NCBI GenBank assembly: GCA_002633005.1
Contig: NMRA01000048.1
Location: forward strand, 1,165,582 to 1,229,581
Direction: 5' to 3'
DNA length: 64,000 nt
DNA from: Phoronis australis
Taxonomy: Eukaryota; Animalia; Phoronida
Shown here: piece by piece, positions 50,748 to 64,000 of the stretch
Layout of the letters: the number at the start of each line of letters is the position of its first letter
How positions within the stretch are numbered: the stretch's first letter is position 1
Program-made: the position numbers and the translations under genes
Notes under the pieces: generated by a model
The model's database searches: none
The model's input: the letters and a program-made list of their open reading frames with translations, nothing else
What the model was told of the DNA's origin: nothing

Positions 50748-51228
50748 TAGTGAACCCTACACATAGTGAACCCTACACATAGTGAACCCTACACATAGTG
50801 AACCCTACACATAGTGAACCCTACACATAGTGAACCCTACACATAGTGAACCCTACACATAGTGAACCCTACACATAGTGAACCCTACACATAGTGAACC
50901 CTACACATAGTGAACCCTACACATAGTGAACCCTACACATAGTGAACCCTACACATAGTGAACCCTACACATAGTGAACCCTACACATAGTGAACCCTAC
51001 ACATAGTGAACCCTACACATAGTGAACCCTACACATAGTGAACCCTACACATAGTGAACCCTACACATAGTGAACCCTACACATAGTGAACCCTACACAT
51101 AGTGAACCCTACACATAGTGAACCCTACACATAGTGAACCCTACACATAGTGAACCCTACACATAGTGAACCCTACACATAGTGAACCCTACACATAGTG
51201 AACCCTACACATAGTGAACCCTACACAC
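50748..51228. repeat. About 30 perfect copies of a 16-bp unit (TAGTGAACCCTACACA)
   Basis: Directly visible. Confidence 0.98.
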
Positions 51229-53305
51229 AGTCTTTTGTTAGTGTGGGAGTGGCATCTGTTCACAAATATCAGCTGAGGAAGGCTCCAGTGATTTCTTGGA
51301 AATTCACTGCATTGAGCACGTGTCCTGACCTTTCAATTTCAGATGAGAAGTCTTGATGATTGACCAATCGGTGTGCTTAAACTCAGTACTAGTTAACTGT
51401 TAGTTGTTCAGTCATTGGTCACGTTGGAAAGATAAGCTACCATCGGAAGCATGAGGGGTATGAACCATGAGGGGTATGAACCCTCGGAAATAGTATGGTA
51501 ATTCTTCTTTTAGTTTACTCCAAAATATAATTACCATTTCCTATTTTTCAAAGGCTGATTATGCTTGAACCTTACCATGTAGTGTTTTATGACTTCCACT
51601 CGTCATGCTTGTTATAGACTAAACTTGTATCAATCTTTATTTTGGGGTGAAATTTAACAAAATGATATTTCAGTTGTCCACTACGGTACTTTGTGCACTA
51701 AATAGTTGCTGGGGTCCACTCATTATTGTTTGGCTCATTTTTGATTGCAAAAATTTCGCGTTTATGTCTGCTGAAAAGTCTTTCAGTCAGATTGCAAATT
51801 GTATGTTATGAGTAATGCACACATTAACAGTCTGTTACATATTTAATTTTACATTAATATAACATTGCTATCATAGTGCAGTAATATTATCAAAGTAATG
51901 TCATTTCTTGGATGAGTTTTTACACAACAATCGCATTTATACACCGCATTTGAATTGACACTAGGGCATTCCTCCCTTTGGCTTTGAAGTATAGGGATTC
52001 ACTTAATTTCAGTCACATTGACCTTTGGTAGAAAATTAACTGGAGAACAGTGACAGCAGTAAGTATCCTTGGAAAATATGATTTGAAAGAGCATTTAAGA
52101 ATTCATGATTATCGGAATTCTTTATCAGATTCAGAGCTTTATTTTTCTATGCATTTATGGTGACTAAATCAATTGTATCAATCAATCAGCCAATTAACCA
52201 GTCTAGACTGTTTTAAGTGTAAGTGGTGTGACGCAACATGCCCTCATGAAATAGACATGAACTTCTTCTTAGGGTATATGGTATCAAATCTGGACCAACC
52301 CTTTGTGTGAACTTCCTCTTAGGGTATATGGTATCAAATCTGGACCAACCCTTTGTGTGATACCAGGTCACCCTTATCAAGACACTCCTTTCAGGTATCC
52401 ATGTCTCACATCCTATTTATAGGCCTAGTGGTTCCCAGTTTACCTGTGCAGGACCTGCCTCTTATAGTATATGGTATGATCTGAATAATTCATCACCGAT
52501 TGTCATGTCATTGCCAATGTTGTAAAACAGTTCAGCAGGTAAAGTTATCACAAGGTCTATGATGGTATGGTGCTGTTATCAACTGCCAGATATGATTGGG
52601 ATCAGTATTGTCGGCAGTTGTGAATAAAACCACCTGCTCAGTGTGGCCTGTGAATGGCTGTGTAGATTTCTAAGCTCACTTTGTGATTTTCAATGCAGTA
52701 CAGGCTACAAGTTTTACAGGGTCATCATTTTCGGTATTGTTGGCAATGTTGACTGAGTAATTTCGTTTCTGGCTTTGTGAAGCCATAAAATATATAAATG
52801 GACATAAAGGTTTTCCACTGGCCAGCTTCCAATGTCTGTCTTTGTTCATGCTCTGTACAAGGGTTCATTAGTTGTGTACAGTCAGTACAGCACCATAACA
52901 CCAAACAAGAACAGCCAGCTGGTGACTGGTTACTAATTGTTAATATTTTGTTTGATGGTTATTATATTGGCAGTATATGTATTTGGTTTCAATTTATCCT
53001 TATATTTCCTGGATTCTTTACATTAAAAAAATCACTTATAATGTAAAGTGTACACAAAGCGAGTTGCCACCATGCCATACCACCTTTGTTTGTATTAACT
53101 GTTAGCCTGCTCAAGAGTTTAATTTTCACATGTCTTTTTCTGGTACATCGTCATTTTACCAACATTGCAACCATTGGTTCATTTGTGCAGTTGACATTCT
53201 AGATTGCATTGGGGGCGGGAGAGATGGCAAGCACTCACAAAAACAATAAGGTATATGGCGTATAGTCATATTAGTGCCACCTTGCCATAACTTCACTGAG
53301 CCTTA

Positions 53306-53774
53306 GGCCATTTCATACTAACATAACTCCTATCTGAGCAGAGCAAATTTAAATCGTTCATAGCGGCTTTGGTATTTAATGGACATCGAATTAAGTGATC
53401 GGTGACGCTGTCATCGAAGTCATCATCAGGTAACGCTGATGTATCGCGTGCACGCTGAGATTTTTGTAGTGTGACAATTTGAGTACATTTACATGTGCTA
53501 ATTAACATAAAACTTATTTCTATTTAGATTTGTGAGTATTTGAGCAAAATATAAGCAACTATTAAAGACGTCACTTCCCTTAAATTGTTGACAATAATAG
53601 TGGCCCCTGGTGATAACTTCGTTGGAACTGAAATTAACTGTTCATACCGCATTGCAGCGTCGACGCTGCGCTGTTAAATCTACCTGCTTTCTGCAAAGTT
53701 AACAGGCGCTATTAATTTCATACCACCCGCTACTCAACAAAACATCGACGCGTCGACTTTACTATGAAAGGGTC
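53306..53774. mobile_element. PIF/Harbinger-type MITE
   Basis: Imperfect TIR GGCCATTTCATACTAA / GACCCTTTCATAGTAA (13/16), TTA on both flanks. Confidence 0.55.
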
Positions 53775-55274
53775 TTATAACTCTGAAGCTGATGGAAACT
53801 CAAACGCTTAACTTTGCAGTTAACCACAGTTAATATCAAAGCTTCGGTAGTAGCGAAGTTAACCGTAGGGGAAAGGGTGTTCTGATGAGCCCCTATAATG
53901 ACTCACCCTTGTGTTGTAAAGCTTTCTTGTTGAGCCTTGCAAGGTCCTCTCAAGCCAAGAAATCACTTTTACCAGGCACAAAATATTTTTTTGACAGAAA
54001 GCACAGGTTTATGACATTTTTTTACCAACAGGGGGATTATGTGAGGATCACATAGGTGTACATTATCAAACATTATCAAAGTTAATGTCCGTAAATTTTT
54101 ATTTGAGAAGCCACATGTAGTAATTCTTCGCATATTAGCAAAAAAAAAATGTGACCGACAAGGGAAATTCTATTTCAGCAAAATTCTGCTCAGAAATAAA
54201 GATTAAGAAAATTTTAGTGTAACAGTAGCATTGTTTGCACTTTGTACGTCATAAAACAATATTTGGTGATGTTTCCATTATCTGTAGCACAATAATGCAC
54301 TTTTGGTAAAATTGACAACATGGGTAATTATGCATGCTCTAAATATGGTGATTACGTATGCCCTAATATGCTAATTCTTCACCTGCTTAGCACACAATAT
54401 GGCAGACAAGTGAAATTCTGTTTTGTCAAAATTTTCTACAAATCTAAGAACATGTTTAACCTTTATTAACTTGGTTTGTATTGTGTAGATTTCATGAAAC
54501 AACATTTGGTAAAGCTCCTAATATTTAGACCAAGAAGTAATCAGCCTTCGGAAAAGGGAAAATAGTAATTTCCGCAATTGTTTTGTAAGAAATAAGTAGA
54601 TAATGTAAGTGGAGAATTACATGATAGACCAACCTCCCCAGATCAATGCCACAGCTCACCAGCAATGCGTTCTATCTAGGACCAATATTTAGTACTCCCA
54701 GGTTCTATAAATAGAAAACAGTAGATTCCCACCACATGACATGAACAGACAACTTCATGAGTGGATGTATGTTTGTGGTGGCCTGTGGCAACAGTTGCTA
54801 TGATAGCCCACATTGTCTTCAGCTGCAGATGTCAGCAGCTTTTACTGATGTGCTGATACAGTGGGAGTTGGTGGGGATGTGCTTGTACATTTAAAAAGCA
54901 ACGGAAAGGTGGGCTCTGCCTTTAAAACTGGTCTATTTATGGCAGGATGTCCTCATATTTCAGGTTTTGTTTTTGGTCGCGAATCTATAGTTTGCACAGA
55001 ATCTCTGTTTTTATTGTTTGAATAGCTGTGGTCTGACAATGTTGTTGCTCTGTCTGTCTTGCTTTGATCTTAATATCTAGTTTGGTTCCTTTGATTTCTA
55101 AATATTTTATCTTCTTTCCGAAATACCCCAAGTAACTTATCATTGTGTTCCAAGTTACTTCCAGTTTGGGGTAGACAAATTTAATTGTTTTTTTTCTCAA
55201 GGTAGAAGTTTGTGCCGAACTTTAGAAATAGTCAATATTTAAGAATTGTAATGAGGAACATGGGGTCATTCACC

Positions 55275-56427
55275 TTGGTGTTGCACATTGTAGTTACCCA
55301 TGAAAACATCAGTACCTATCTTCATTGGTGTTGCACATTGTAGTTACCCATGAAAACATCAGTACCTATCTTCATTGGTGTTGCACATTGTAGTTACCCA
55401 TGAAAACATCAGTACCTATCTTCATTGGTGTTGCACATTGTAGTTACCCATGAAAACATCAGTACCTATCTTCATTGGTGTTGCACATTGTAGTTACCCA
55501 TGAAAACATCAGTACCTATCTTCATTGGTGTTGCACATTGTAGTTACCCATGAAAACATCAGTACCTATCTTCATTGGTGTTGCACATTGTAGTTACCCA
55601 TGAAAACATCAGTACCTATCTTCATTGGTGTTGCACATTGTAGTTACCCATGAAAACATCAGTACCTATCTTCATTGGTGTTGCACATTGTAGTTACCCA
55701 TGAAAACATCAGTACCTATCTTCATTGGTGTTGCACATTGTAGTTACCCATGAAAACATCAGTACCTATCTTCATTGGTGTTGCACATTGTAGTTACCCA
55801 TGAAAACATCAGTACCTATCTTCATTGGTGTTGCACATTGTAGTTACCCATGAAAACATCAGTACCTATCTTCATTGGTGTTGCACATTGTAGTTACCCA
55901 TGAAAACATCAGTACCTATCTTCATTGGTGTTGCACATTGTAGTTACCCATGAAAACATCAGTACCTATCTTCATTGGTGTTGCACATTGTAGTTACCCA
56001 TGAAAACATCAGTACCTATCTTCATTGGTGTTGCACATTGTAGTTACCCATGAAAACATCAGTACCTATCTTCATTGGTGTTGCACATTGTAGTTACCCA
56101 TGAAAACATCAGTACCTATCTTCATTGGTGTTGCACATTGTAGTTACCCATGAAAACATCAGTACCTATCTTCATTGGTGTTGCACATTGTAGTTACCCA
56201 TGAAAACATCAGTACCTATCTTCATTGGTGTTGCACATTGTAGTTACCCATGAAAACATCAGTACCTATCTTCATTGGTGTTGCACATTGTAGTTACCCA
56301 TGAAAACATCAGTACCTATCTTCATTGGTGTTGCACATTGTAGTTACCCATGAAAACATCAGTACCTATCTTCATTGGTGTTGCACATTGTAGTTACCCA
56401 TGAAAACATCAGTACCTATCTTCATTG
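55275..56427. repeat. 23 apparently perfect copies of a 50-bp unit (TTGGTGTTGCACATTGTAGTTACCCATGAAAACATCAGTACCTATCTTCA)
   Basis: Directly visible. Confidence 0.98.
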
Positions 56428-59400
56428 ATTTTATGAACCATGAAGTCTGTGTGTAGGTTAGAGTGATACAAAACTCAGTGTCCAATGTTTGAGAAATATG
56501 TTGAACTTAAATCATCAAAGTTGTGACAATAGTCAAATGAAAAGTTACACTCATTTGAAATTTTACAGGAGAATTTTACTTTGTAATTGTTGGCGACTTT
56601 CAAGGAAAGGAAATAGGAAATATTATCAACTTTTTCTACTAGTGTAGACATACTCGTCTACATCAAATGTGTTCAAGAACTTTCATTTTCAACAGTTTGA
56701 ATTTGGCTTTGTAACTGGTATTTGTCTGGTTTGAAGAACATTAGCATACCACGAGGTAAAGTCACCATTGGTTTGTGTATGGATTCTAATCTGGAGGTGT
56801 GAATTTGCACAGTTAGGCACTGTACAAGCTCTTAAGGAGTGCAATGCATTTTCAGGGTGAACTTGCATATGTACAGTTATTGTTCACTTCTTTAGCTCAC
56901 AATAGGGTCGGATGATGTGAAGGCTTGCAGTAAAATCTCACCAGTTGAATGCACAGTATGGTGGAGACATGATTTTTTTGTTTTGATGAAAGATCAGGGA
57001 TGACATTGACTAGATATTTAATCATTTTGTTTTGAAGATTTTTACAAATGACAATGTTCTGAGAAATTATGGGCACTCGCACAATGTCAGAAGACATAAT
57101 ATATGTAAATCTTGAACCAGCGTGGAAATATCCATCGCAAGCATGCAGTGTGGCCAACAGGTGATGTGCAGACCAAACTTAAATATGTTTATATTGTTAG
57201 AAGACATTAAAAACTGAAGAAAAGTCACCTCCTCAAGAGTTTTTATTCGTGTACAGTGGCTATCTAGCTTAGCAGACAATATTCATTGTTTACGTGACTG
57301 TGTATGTGGCCATTGATTTCACCTGAGGAATTATGCAATGGTTACCATTGGAAGACATAATATATGCAAATCGCCCTGTCTTCTTTAAAATGATTTGAAC
57401 AGTTTTCAACTCCTGCGTCAACTCAAAATTTTGCATTGGTGTTGTGAGTTAAAAAGTAATGAGCCAGCACGTCATTCTTGGCAGCAGAAGTGTTTCTGTG
57501 GTCAACCAGGTATCCTAACACCTGTAACATATGTTTGATTAAAAACATGATTGATAAGGTTTGGTTTGACAATGATAACCAATTTAAGGTTATATTAATT
57601 GGCAAAAACTAGGAGCTGTCAACCAATGAAAGTATATTTATTTTGGAAAATAAAAAGATCAGGTATTCTGGAAATGTGTTTGTCGCTGGTCTGCCATTAA
57701 TATTTTTGTATCTACATGTTTTTAATTCAATTTTTCATTTTTTTGAAAAGTTCATTGGTATATCATAACGACCAATAGACTGACCTTACTCCATTTTCAT
57801 TTGAAAATTCCATATGTGGACGGTTGGGAATTTGAGTTACGTTACATAGTTTGAGTTTTAAGCTAAGTTTTAATTTTTGAAAATAGCATTTTTCAATGAA
57901 AAACAGTGGTAGAGCTTGGGAGACTGGAATTGAATCTCGATGATGTATGTTTAAGAAAAAATTCTTCAACAAACAAATTTTTAACAGCATTACCATAAGA
58001 ATGGCCATTAGGGCGTGGTACTGGTTTATAACTTTCATAATCTGTCCTAATCACATGATAATTGTGGGAAAAAAGCCTTTTCTGTTTTTCAAAGGCCAAA
58101 TACCTTGCTTCAAATAACTAAGTAACTTCCCCCAAATGTGGTTTTATAACATCAGCACTGTACCTATTACCTGGTGGTTGACTAGAATTTTCCTTGTCTT
58201 TATTTTTGTTGAGATTATGACAGAATAAAACTGAATTACTCATTTTATGCTAAATAGGTGTATATTTACAGCTGATATCGCTGAAAAGTGGCAGACGTAA
58301 ATCTAGGTTTGTGGGTAAATAGTGCATATTTTCTAGCGACAGCTGCTCTACCACAAACTGGACTCTTGCTTTTTCGTAAATTCTTATTTGTTTATCTTTA
58401 TTGTTGGACTTCTAAACATTGCTGTAGCGAGACCCTTCTCAACTCAAGTGGTTTTAGGATGTATGACATTCATCATTTTTTACGTTGTACACCTGCATGG
58501 CAGTATTATCTGCTGATTTGTCACGTAGCACAGCTCGAGAGTTTCAATAAACCATGTTTGTTACCTACCTGTTTTATAATTAATGCAGTTTGATGTCAAC
58601 GTGTTATCTATGATGCACTGTCTACTATCAGGTTTGACTTTTTGAACGCGCGACCCTTGCTCGGAGCGACCCTTTGTTGCAGGTAACTCACCCATTTCTG
58701 GTGCTGTTTTTTTCTGGTCGTTTTCTTTTTTTTTTTGTCGTGGCTGTTTTTCATTGTGAGAATTCGTGTATGCGCATAACAGGAATGTTAGTTTTAAGTG
58801 CAGGATATCAAATTTCAGGATTTGCTTTACGTTACCTGGTTCACAAGTTAGAACAACTACTGTGTTACGATAAAATATCTCCAATTTTCCTGAAGACACT
58901 GGCATGAATAGCTCTAAGAAAGATTCATTCTCTAATTGGATATAACATTTCCCAAGAATTCCATCCACACTTTGCAAACTACTCCTGGAATCGCTCACCT
59001 TGTACATCAATTTTTTTTCTTATTTAGCACACAATATAATTGGAGAATTTATATTTTATGTTATAAATAACTTTTGGTGAAGTTTCCAGTGTTTGCAGAA
59101 AAGTGGCAATTTTGGCATTTATTTTTGTGCGAAATGTGTGTAAAATTACCATAATGACATTATAACTGTTAATTTCATAATGTCATGTGATAGTGGTGTT
59201 CAGTGACACGCAGCTGTGTAATTCTAGTGAAAAAATCAATATTTTTTGTGTTTACAGTCTTGTTTTATTGTGGTTGCTTGCAGGTTTTGGCCATTGTCTG
59301 AAGGTAGTACTGTCATTTTTCAAACAGAAATTGTAGATACCATATGTTATGAACAGAAGTTTTTATTGCTTGCTGATAAGATAAATGAAAAATGAGTATT

Positions 59401-60515
59401 TCTGTGGTTGGTACATCTGTGAAAGGTAATTGCTTGTATTGAAAACATAAACAGTTCGTTTTAACTCTCGTCATTCGAAATTTTTGTCAAACATCAAGGT
59501 TTTGGTATTTTCTAACGAAGAAAAATTATTTATGAAAATGAAAGAATTCTCAGTAAATGGTATAACAGCAGGTATTTGATCATAGAATTATCATTTAGCG
59601 TCTGTTGATGATTCTGAAAATTATATCTGTATTCCACTTAACACTATCATACAGTTATTTTCTACTTATTTTTTTCATTTTCATCAAACACTCTTCCTTC
59701 AACAGGAATGACTGGAATTTGTTTGAAAAATTTCTAGATTAGACGTAATGATTTATTTTCTAAGCATTGTACTTGTACCATTTGAACCATCAAATTCAAG
59801 ACTACCCCAGGGATGTATTGAATTAGATGGTTGACTGGGGATTGACCCTTCTTGGTTCTTACATATCTATTACCATTTCACTCTTCAGGTATTGTATCGG
59901 TATTACAAATGATGGTCAAACCTGTAAAAGACATAAATAACTTCCATGCAAATGATACTGGTAGAAACTCAAAAATTTCATAATGTAAATAAATGCATCT
60001 TTTTACCTAAGTCTTCTCTGATGTGAATTTACACATGCAGATATGCTTGGAAACCATCAGTCAGTTTAGTTTTCATACTAAGGACACTCATCCAGCTTGC
60101 ATGTGTTAATGCATTACCTGTGAGCAAAGTTTTATAGATGGATAATAGATTCACGTCTTCTCTAAGAGTTAACAAAAATCTACACCAGGCTCTAAATGAT
60201 TCAGTAACACAACAAATGACTGTGAACAATTACATATCGTAAGTGTTTACTTTTTAGTCAGAAGAATGAATTCATGCAAACTTAAAATTGTGCTGTTGAA
60301 AGTTATGTGAGAAAATCGGAACAATCTGAGGGGCACCAGTTCTCTCTGTATTCTCTCACTGTGGATATTTTGTGGCAGTGTTTCCAGCCAGGGTATAGTG
60401 CTACGGTATTGTTATGTACTGTAAGAAATTGTTGTTTTGTTGCTCCAGTGCTGCATATGGGAATGGAAATTCTGTTGCTGCCTGCCTATCTATGAACAAG
60501 ACTTTGTTTTATATA

Positions 60516-62291
60516 CCGTAAACGTTCGGGTTAACGCCCATGCTCAGTTAACCCCCCCACCCCCTACTTTAGGTGGATTTTCGATTTAACCGCCCACTGC
60601 TTGGTTAAGCGCCCCCCTGCGATTTTTGAAGATTTCCAGTTGAGCGCCCACCTCTCGGTTAAGCGCCCATCCCCGACTTTTAAAGAATGAAGATTAAGCG
60701 CCCAGTGCTAAGGAAATGCACGATTCCCCGACTTATAGAAAAAGATCAATGATCACAATGAGCGCAACGACGCCAGGCCTCCGAGACGGTGGTTTAGCAA
60801 TGTGAATTGCAATTATACAAGTAACGAGTTATTGTCTTGGGTCACGGACTCACTTCCCATGTTTGCAAAAAGTTTAAGAACGCCGCCAGCGTCAAAACCT
60901 CCGCTTTCAGCGACTTTGTCTGCCGCGCTGAGTTTTCGTCTGCAGTGCACTTGATAAAACATATATTCGAAAAAATCAGGCCAGAGAAATGAGACAATGG
61001 TTAAAAGTATATAGTCACGCCCGTTTCTGTTACTTAGGACTGTCGCTATTCTCTTTTGATGTGTGACTTTGTAGTGGTGCACGCGCGCAAGTTCCCACAC
61101 TTTGGAGTGCATGTTACCTTGACACCAACATGTGATTGACAGGTGACTCGCACGTAGGCTCTACGCGCGTGCTGAATCCCGCCGCTATCTTTGGCCATAA
61201 AAAACGACATGCATATTGAAAGAGGCCGTTATATTACTTGACGGCATTTCCAAGTCACGATTGTCAGCCGACTGAGACATTGCGCGCTAACAACTGGACC
61301 GAACAGTGCCGCAGTGCGATATTGCAAGTGATATAAATAGGATATTCTGGACATCTTGCATGAAAAATAAATGTTTTTCCACCACGAAGTTTGGTAAGGT
61401 GATCGTTTATGAATTGAAACATCGCTGTTTTGTAGCGTTTTATCACATATTTATGCCGTGGCTCGAAATTTCATTCTTGATTGACGAGTGGCACACGGCC
61501 GCTTAACCCAGATTCTTGTCTTGGGCCTACTTCTTTGCCGAGCATGTTTGGCGCAACGGCAAGTGAGCAATGCCGGGCAGTCGAGATAAAACAGCAAGCC
61601 ACAGAACCATACGCTGAAAATGTCATTGAGTCACGGTGTGTTGACTATAAACATCCCAAACACAAAAAACATCTGAATTAAGGTTTTCAAACTTTTATTA
61701 CAACCAATTTTAAAACTGCCCTCTGACTATGAACTTGGCAGCTAGTACGAGACTGTAACCATAAATCTGATGTCTGCTGTGACCTCTGCAACACGAAGCT
61801 TGCACGCGCGCACTTTAGCAAGATGAAATAGTTGCAATCCAAGTAGAGGCTGCGTGGTCACTGGTCGTCTGCGCTCTACACTACAGGGCTAAATAACAAG
61901 ACCGCCGGACGGCACGGGGCTATTACTCAGCAATTCTGTAAATTTTATAGTGAATAACTAATCTGAGGGCATGATAACCTTTGTTAGGATCATCCGCTGT
62001 TATGACATTTTTCCCGTCATGTGGCGACGTGACGATAACGCTCTTTGAAAAGTGCTACGCGTTCCGAGTAGGCCTACGACTACGTGTGTGGTGTGGGTAC
62101 TTAAGATCACGAGGTAAGATTAACCGCCCAAGGCGCTTGCCTGTCGTAATAAGCGCCCATGTTCGGTTAACCGCCCACCCTGGATTTTTTGAAGTTTCAC
62201 GTTTAAGCGCCCATGTCTGGTTAACCGCCCACCCCCGATTTTTTGGGTTTGCCAATTTAACCGCCCAGGGCGTTAACCCGAACGTTTACGG
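60516..62291. mobile_element. 1776-bp non-autonomous Tc1/mariner-superfamily element (Tc2/pogo-like CCGTA ends)
   Basis: Perfect 24-bp TIR CCGTAAACGTTCGGGTTAACGCCC, TA TSD, many subterminal TTAA(G/C)CGCCCA repeats; no transposase ORF. Confidence 0.9.
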
Positions 62292-63925
62292 TACTAAAAG
62301 AAAAATTATTCAATTTGAAACAAAAATAATTTCTAAAATTGCCATTTTTCCGTTTGTCAGAAGCTTACTGCTTTACTACAAATGTTCTATATTTTTACCA
62401 AAATAGAATTTGTAGTGTAGGAGTAAAATTTTATTTATAAAAATCTGCTTTTGTTAAGAAATTTTGCTTTTCCTTCCAGCTGAAGACTGTTTGCCTTCGC
62501 ACTCATTTCACCGCACTGGTATGGAATCCAGTGTCTTAGTATGTTATTTGGTGTCCTGCCAGGTACCCAATTATTGATCTGAGTTTTGAATTCTTGTTGG
62601 CGCCTCCCTATATTTTGTTGTTCTGGAGGGAAACTGTTTGACTACCGTAAGATTGATGAACAAGGTCCAAATAGTTGGCCAGAGTGTCCTCGGCTCGTTT
62701 TATTGTTTCTTTGTGACCAGAATACTTTGTCCAATATGAAGCCCATTCAAAATCAATGACCCAGGAAGTACGAATGTGCAAATTACTGCCTCTGTTCTGA
62801 GTTTCAGTGACGTCAGTTGTTTTCTGTCCTCTTATTTACAATCAAGGTCATCACTTCACCTGGAAGGTGTGCCTTTGATACCTACATCGTTCATAAAATC
62901 CTGATGAAGTATCAAGGTGGTTCGAGATCTCACTGGTCATGTATTATTTACTGGGCACTAAGGTTTCATTCAGGTATTTCAATTTGTTTAAACACATTGG
63001 TCATTGGTGTTGTAAGTATTGAAACTAGGTCAAACAACTATAAGCATTTTTGATCTGCCTGACCAACTTGAAGTAATTATTAAGCTAAAACTCAGATTGG
63101 CTCACCTGTTCACAACTTCACAGTACACTACTATCTATGTTAGTTTCATTTCTTCTGTTATATGAAAGTCTGCGAACACATTAGTATTGTTAAATATATC
63201 CTTGTTTGCTCTTCAGGTTATGCTTTAGCATATAGTAGGTAACATTTTGTTGATTGTAATGTGGTGGGTCTGTGAGGGTTTGATTCTGTTCACTGGCATT
63301 TATCTTCTCAACAAATTATGTTTTATGCCGGAGTTGATATTTCCATTTTAACAGGATGTCAGAAATGTCATAAAATCTCAATCATCTAACAGTGCAAACA
63401 GTAGGTAGGTTTTATTGTTTGGTAAACATGTCAAATGAATATTGACTACGCTTGCGTGCGTGCGTGTGTGACACACGGGGTTGGGCAATTACCCGAGCAG
63501 AGGGCGCTTAAACTGAAAAATTTCAAAAGTCGGGGTGGGTGATTACTCGAGCAGTGGCCACTTACATCCAAATTTTAGACGAACCTGGCAAGCGCGCAGT
63601 GTTTTCATTCGAGCATGGAACTTGTAAGTTCAGTCAAAAAGCAGAACCTGACAACCACAAAGTTTCTCCCGACTCAAACAGAAAGATGATTTCATCTTTG
63701 AAAGGGTGATTTCGCGAGATCATTACTGAAAACTGAGATGTCTTCAAATATATTAGCGTGCTGCAAAATGTCATACCATGGAGCTTTATGAAACTTGAAT
63801 GGCAGTCTTCTTACCGTATCAGCAAATACTGTTTCAGATCAGTGAGCGTGTCTACATTTCGTTTCCTCGATTATAACACAAACAATTCGCTCTTGGCCCA
63901 ACCTAAACTTTGCAATTGCAACGAG

Positions 63926-64000
63926 ATGTGTGTGCGTGTGCGTGTGCGTGTGTCTGTGTCTATCTGTATCTATGTGTGTGTCTGTGTGTGTGTGTGTGTG
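63926..64000. repeat. (TG)n-rich compound microsatellite
   Basis: Directly visible. Confidence 0.9.

Noticed and set aside
57090-57372. 22-bp near-duplicate GAAGACATAATATATG(T/C)AAATC flanking ~240 bp
   Set aside because: The enclosed sequence has no retroelement head or tail, so it cannot be called a TSD.
63475-63585. Segment resembling the subterminal repeats of the 60.5-62.3-kb Tc2-like element
   Set aside because: Too decayed; no matching second end or TSD identified.

Overview
Eukaryotic (AT-rich, invertebrate-like metazoan) genomic DNA with spliceosomal GT-AG introns; the species cannot be determined from the sequence, and there is no evidence of prokaryotic systems. The first 21 kb holds two convergent genes: the 3' part of a TMCC/TEX28-family coiled-coil ER membrane protein gene (+ strand, 10 reconstructed exons plus one candidate cassette exon, 959..11755) and a complete 6-coding-exon UBA-domain peptidyl-tRNA hydrolase 2 gene (- strand, 21203..14910, 222 aa). 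The remaining ~43 kb shows no recognisable intact host CDS and is dominated by mobile elements and locus-specific minisatellites. Highlights: three short TG...CA solo-LTR-like elements carrying tRNA-type Pol III A/B boxes (Helenus-like TRIMs); four CA...TG DNA elements with 5-bp target duplications, one holding a decayed intron-containing hAT transposase; a near-perfect 667-bp foldback element; a Helentron/pearl-like element with an array of CTCF-like motifs; an internal module shared by a hAT-like and a Tc2-like element; and a Penelope GIY-YIG remnant. Gene models and element boundaries were read by eye, and no database searches were run.
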